Source: Paramicrosporidium saccamoebae KSL3 (lineage: Eukaryota; Fungi; Cryptomycota). From it: DNA of 5,304 nucleotides. The stretch lies in the NCBI GenBank assembly GCA_002794465.1, contig MTSL01000070.1, positions 1 to 5,304 of the forward strand. Direction: 5' to 3'. Of the stretch, positions 5,303 to 5,304 are shown in pieces (positions within the stretch are counted from its first letter, which is position 1; each line of letters opens with the position of its first letter). Below the pieces are notes generated by a model, which saw only the letters and a program-made list of their open reading frames with translations, had not been told where the DNA came from and did not search any database. Made by a program: the position numbers and the translations under genes.

Positions 5303-5304
5303 CC
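5257..5304 (+). tRNA. tRNA-Phe(GAA), intronless, 3' part truncated by the window end (positions 1-48 visible)
   Basis: GCGACTT-TA-GCTC-AGTTGGGA-GAGC-G-TCAGA-CTGAAGA-TCTGA-AGGCC. D stem GCTC/GAGC, anticodon stem TCAGA/TCTGA, anticodon GAA at 5290-5292, G37 (eukaryotic/archaeal Phe type), Pol III A-box TAGCTCAGTTGG. Closely resembles yeast tRNA-Phe. Confidence 0.95.

Overview
Gene-dense eukaryotic genomic DNA, not prokaryotic. Four protein genes lie head-to-tail on the minus strand with intergenic gaps of only 169-215 nt: (1) an intronless 662-aa orphan long coiled-coil protein (30..2018); (2) a canonical PSTAIRE kinase CDK1/cdc2/CDC28 (2234..3214, 305 aa) with two micro-introns of 32 and 31 nt; (3) a fungal-type dCMP deaminase with an N-terminal P-loop domain (3384..4355); (4) an ISOC1/2-like isochorismatase-family hydrolase (4542..5177, 189 aa) with two micro-introns of 28 and 38 nt. 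A divergent, intronless tRNA-Phe(GAA) starts at 5257 and is cut off by the window end. The ORF track fragments CDK1 and ISOC because of the introns; both genes reassemble cleanly by hand using GT-AG sites. The compaction, tiny introns and fungal-like proteins suggest a reduced-genome unicellular eukaryote, possibly fungus-related (inference only). I find no convincing new multi-gene system. The best leads are the micro-intron architecture, the orphan coiled-coil gene with a G-quadruplex/telomere-like and repeat-rich upstream region, and the intact Walker A motif on the deaminase.
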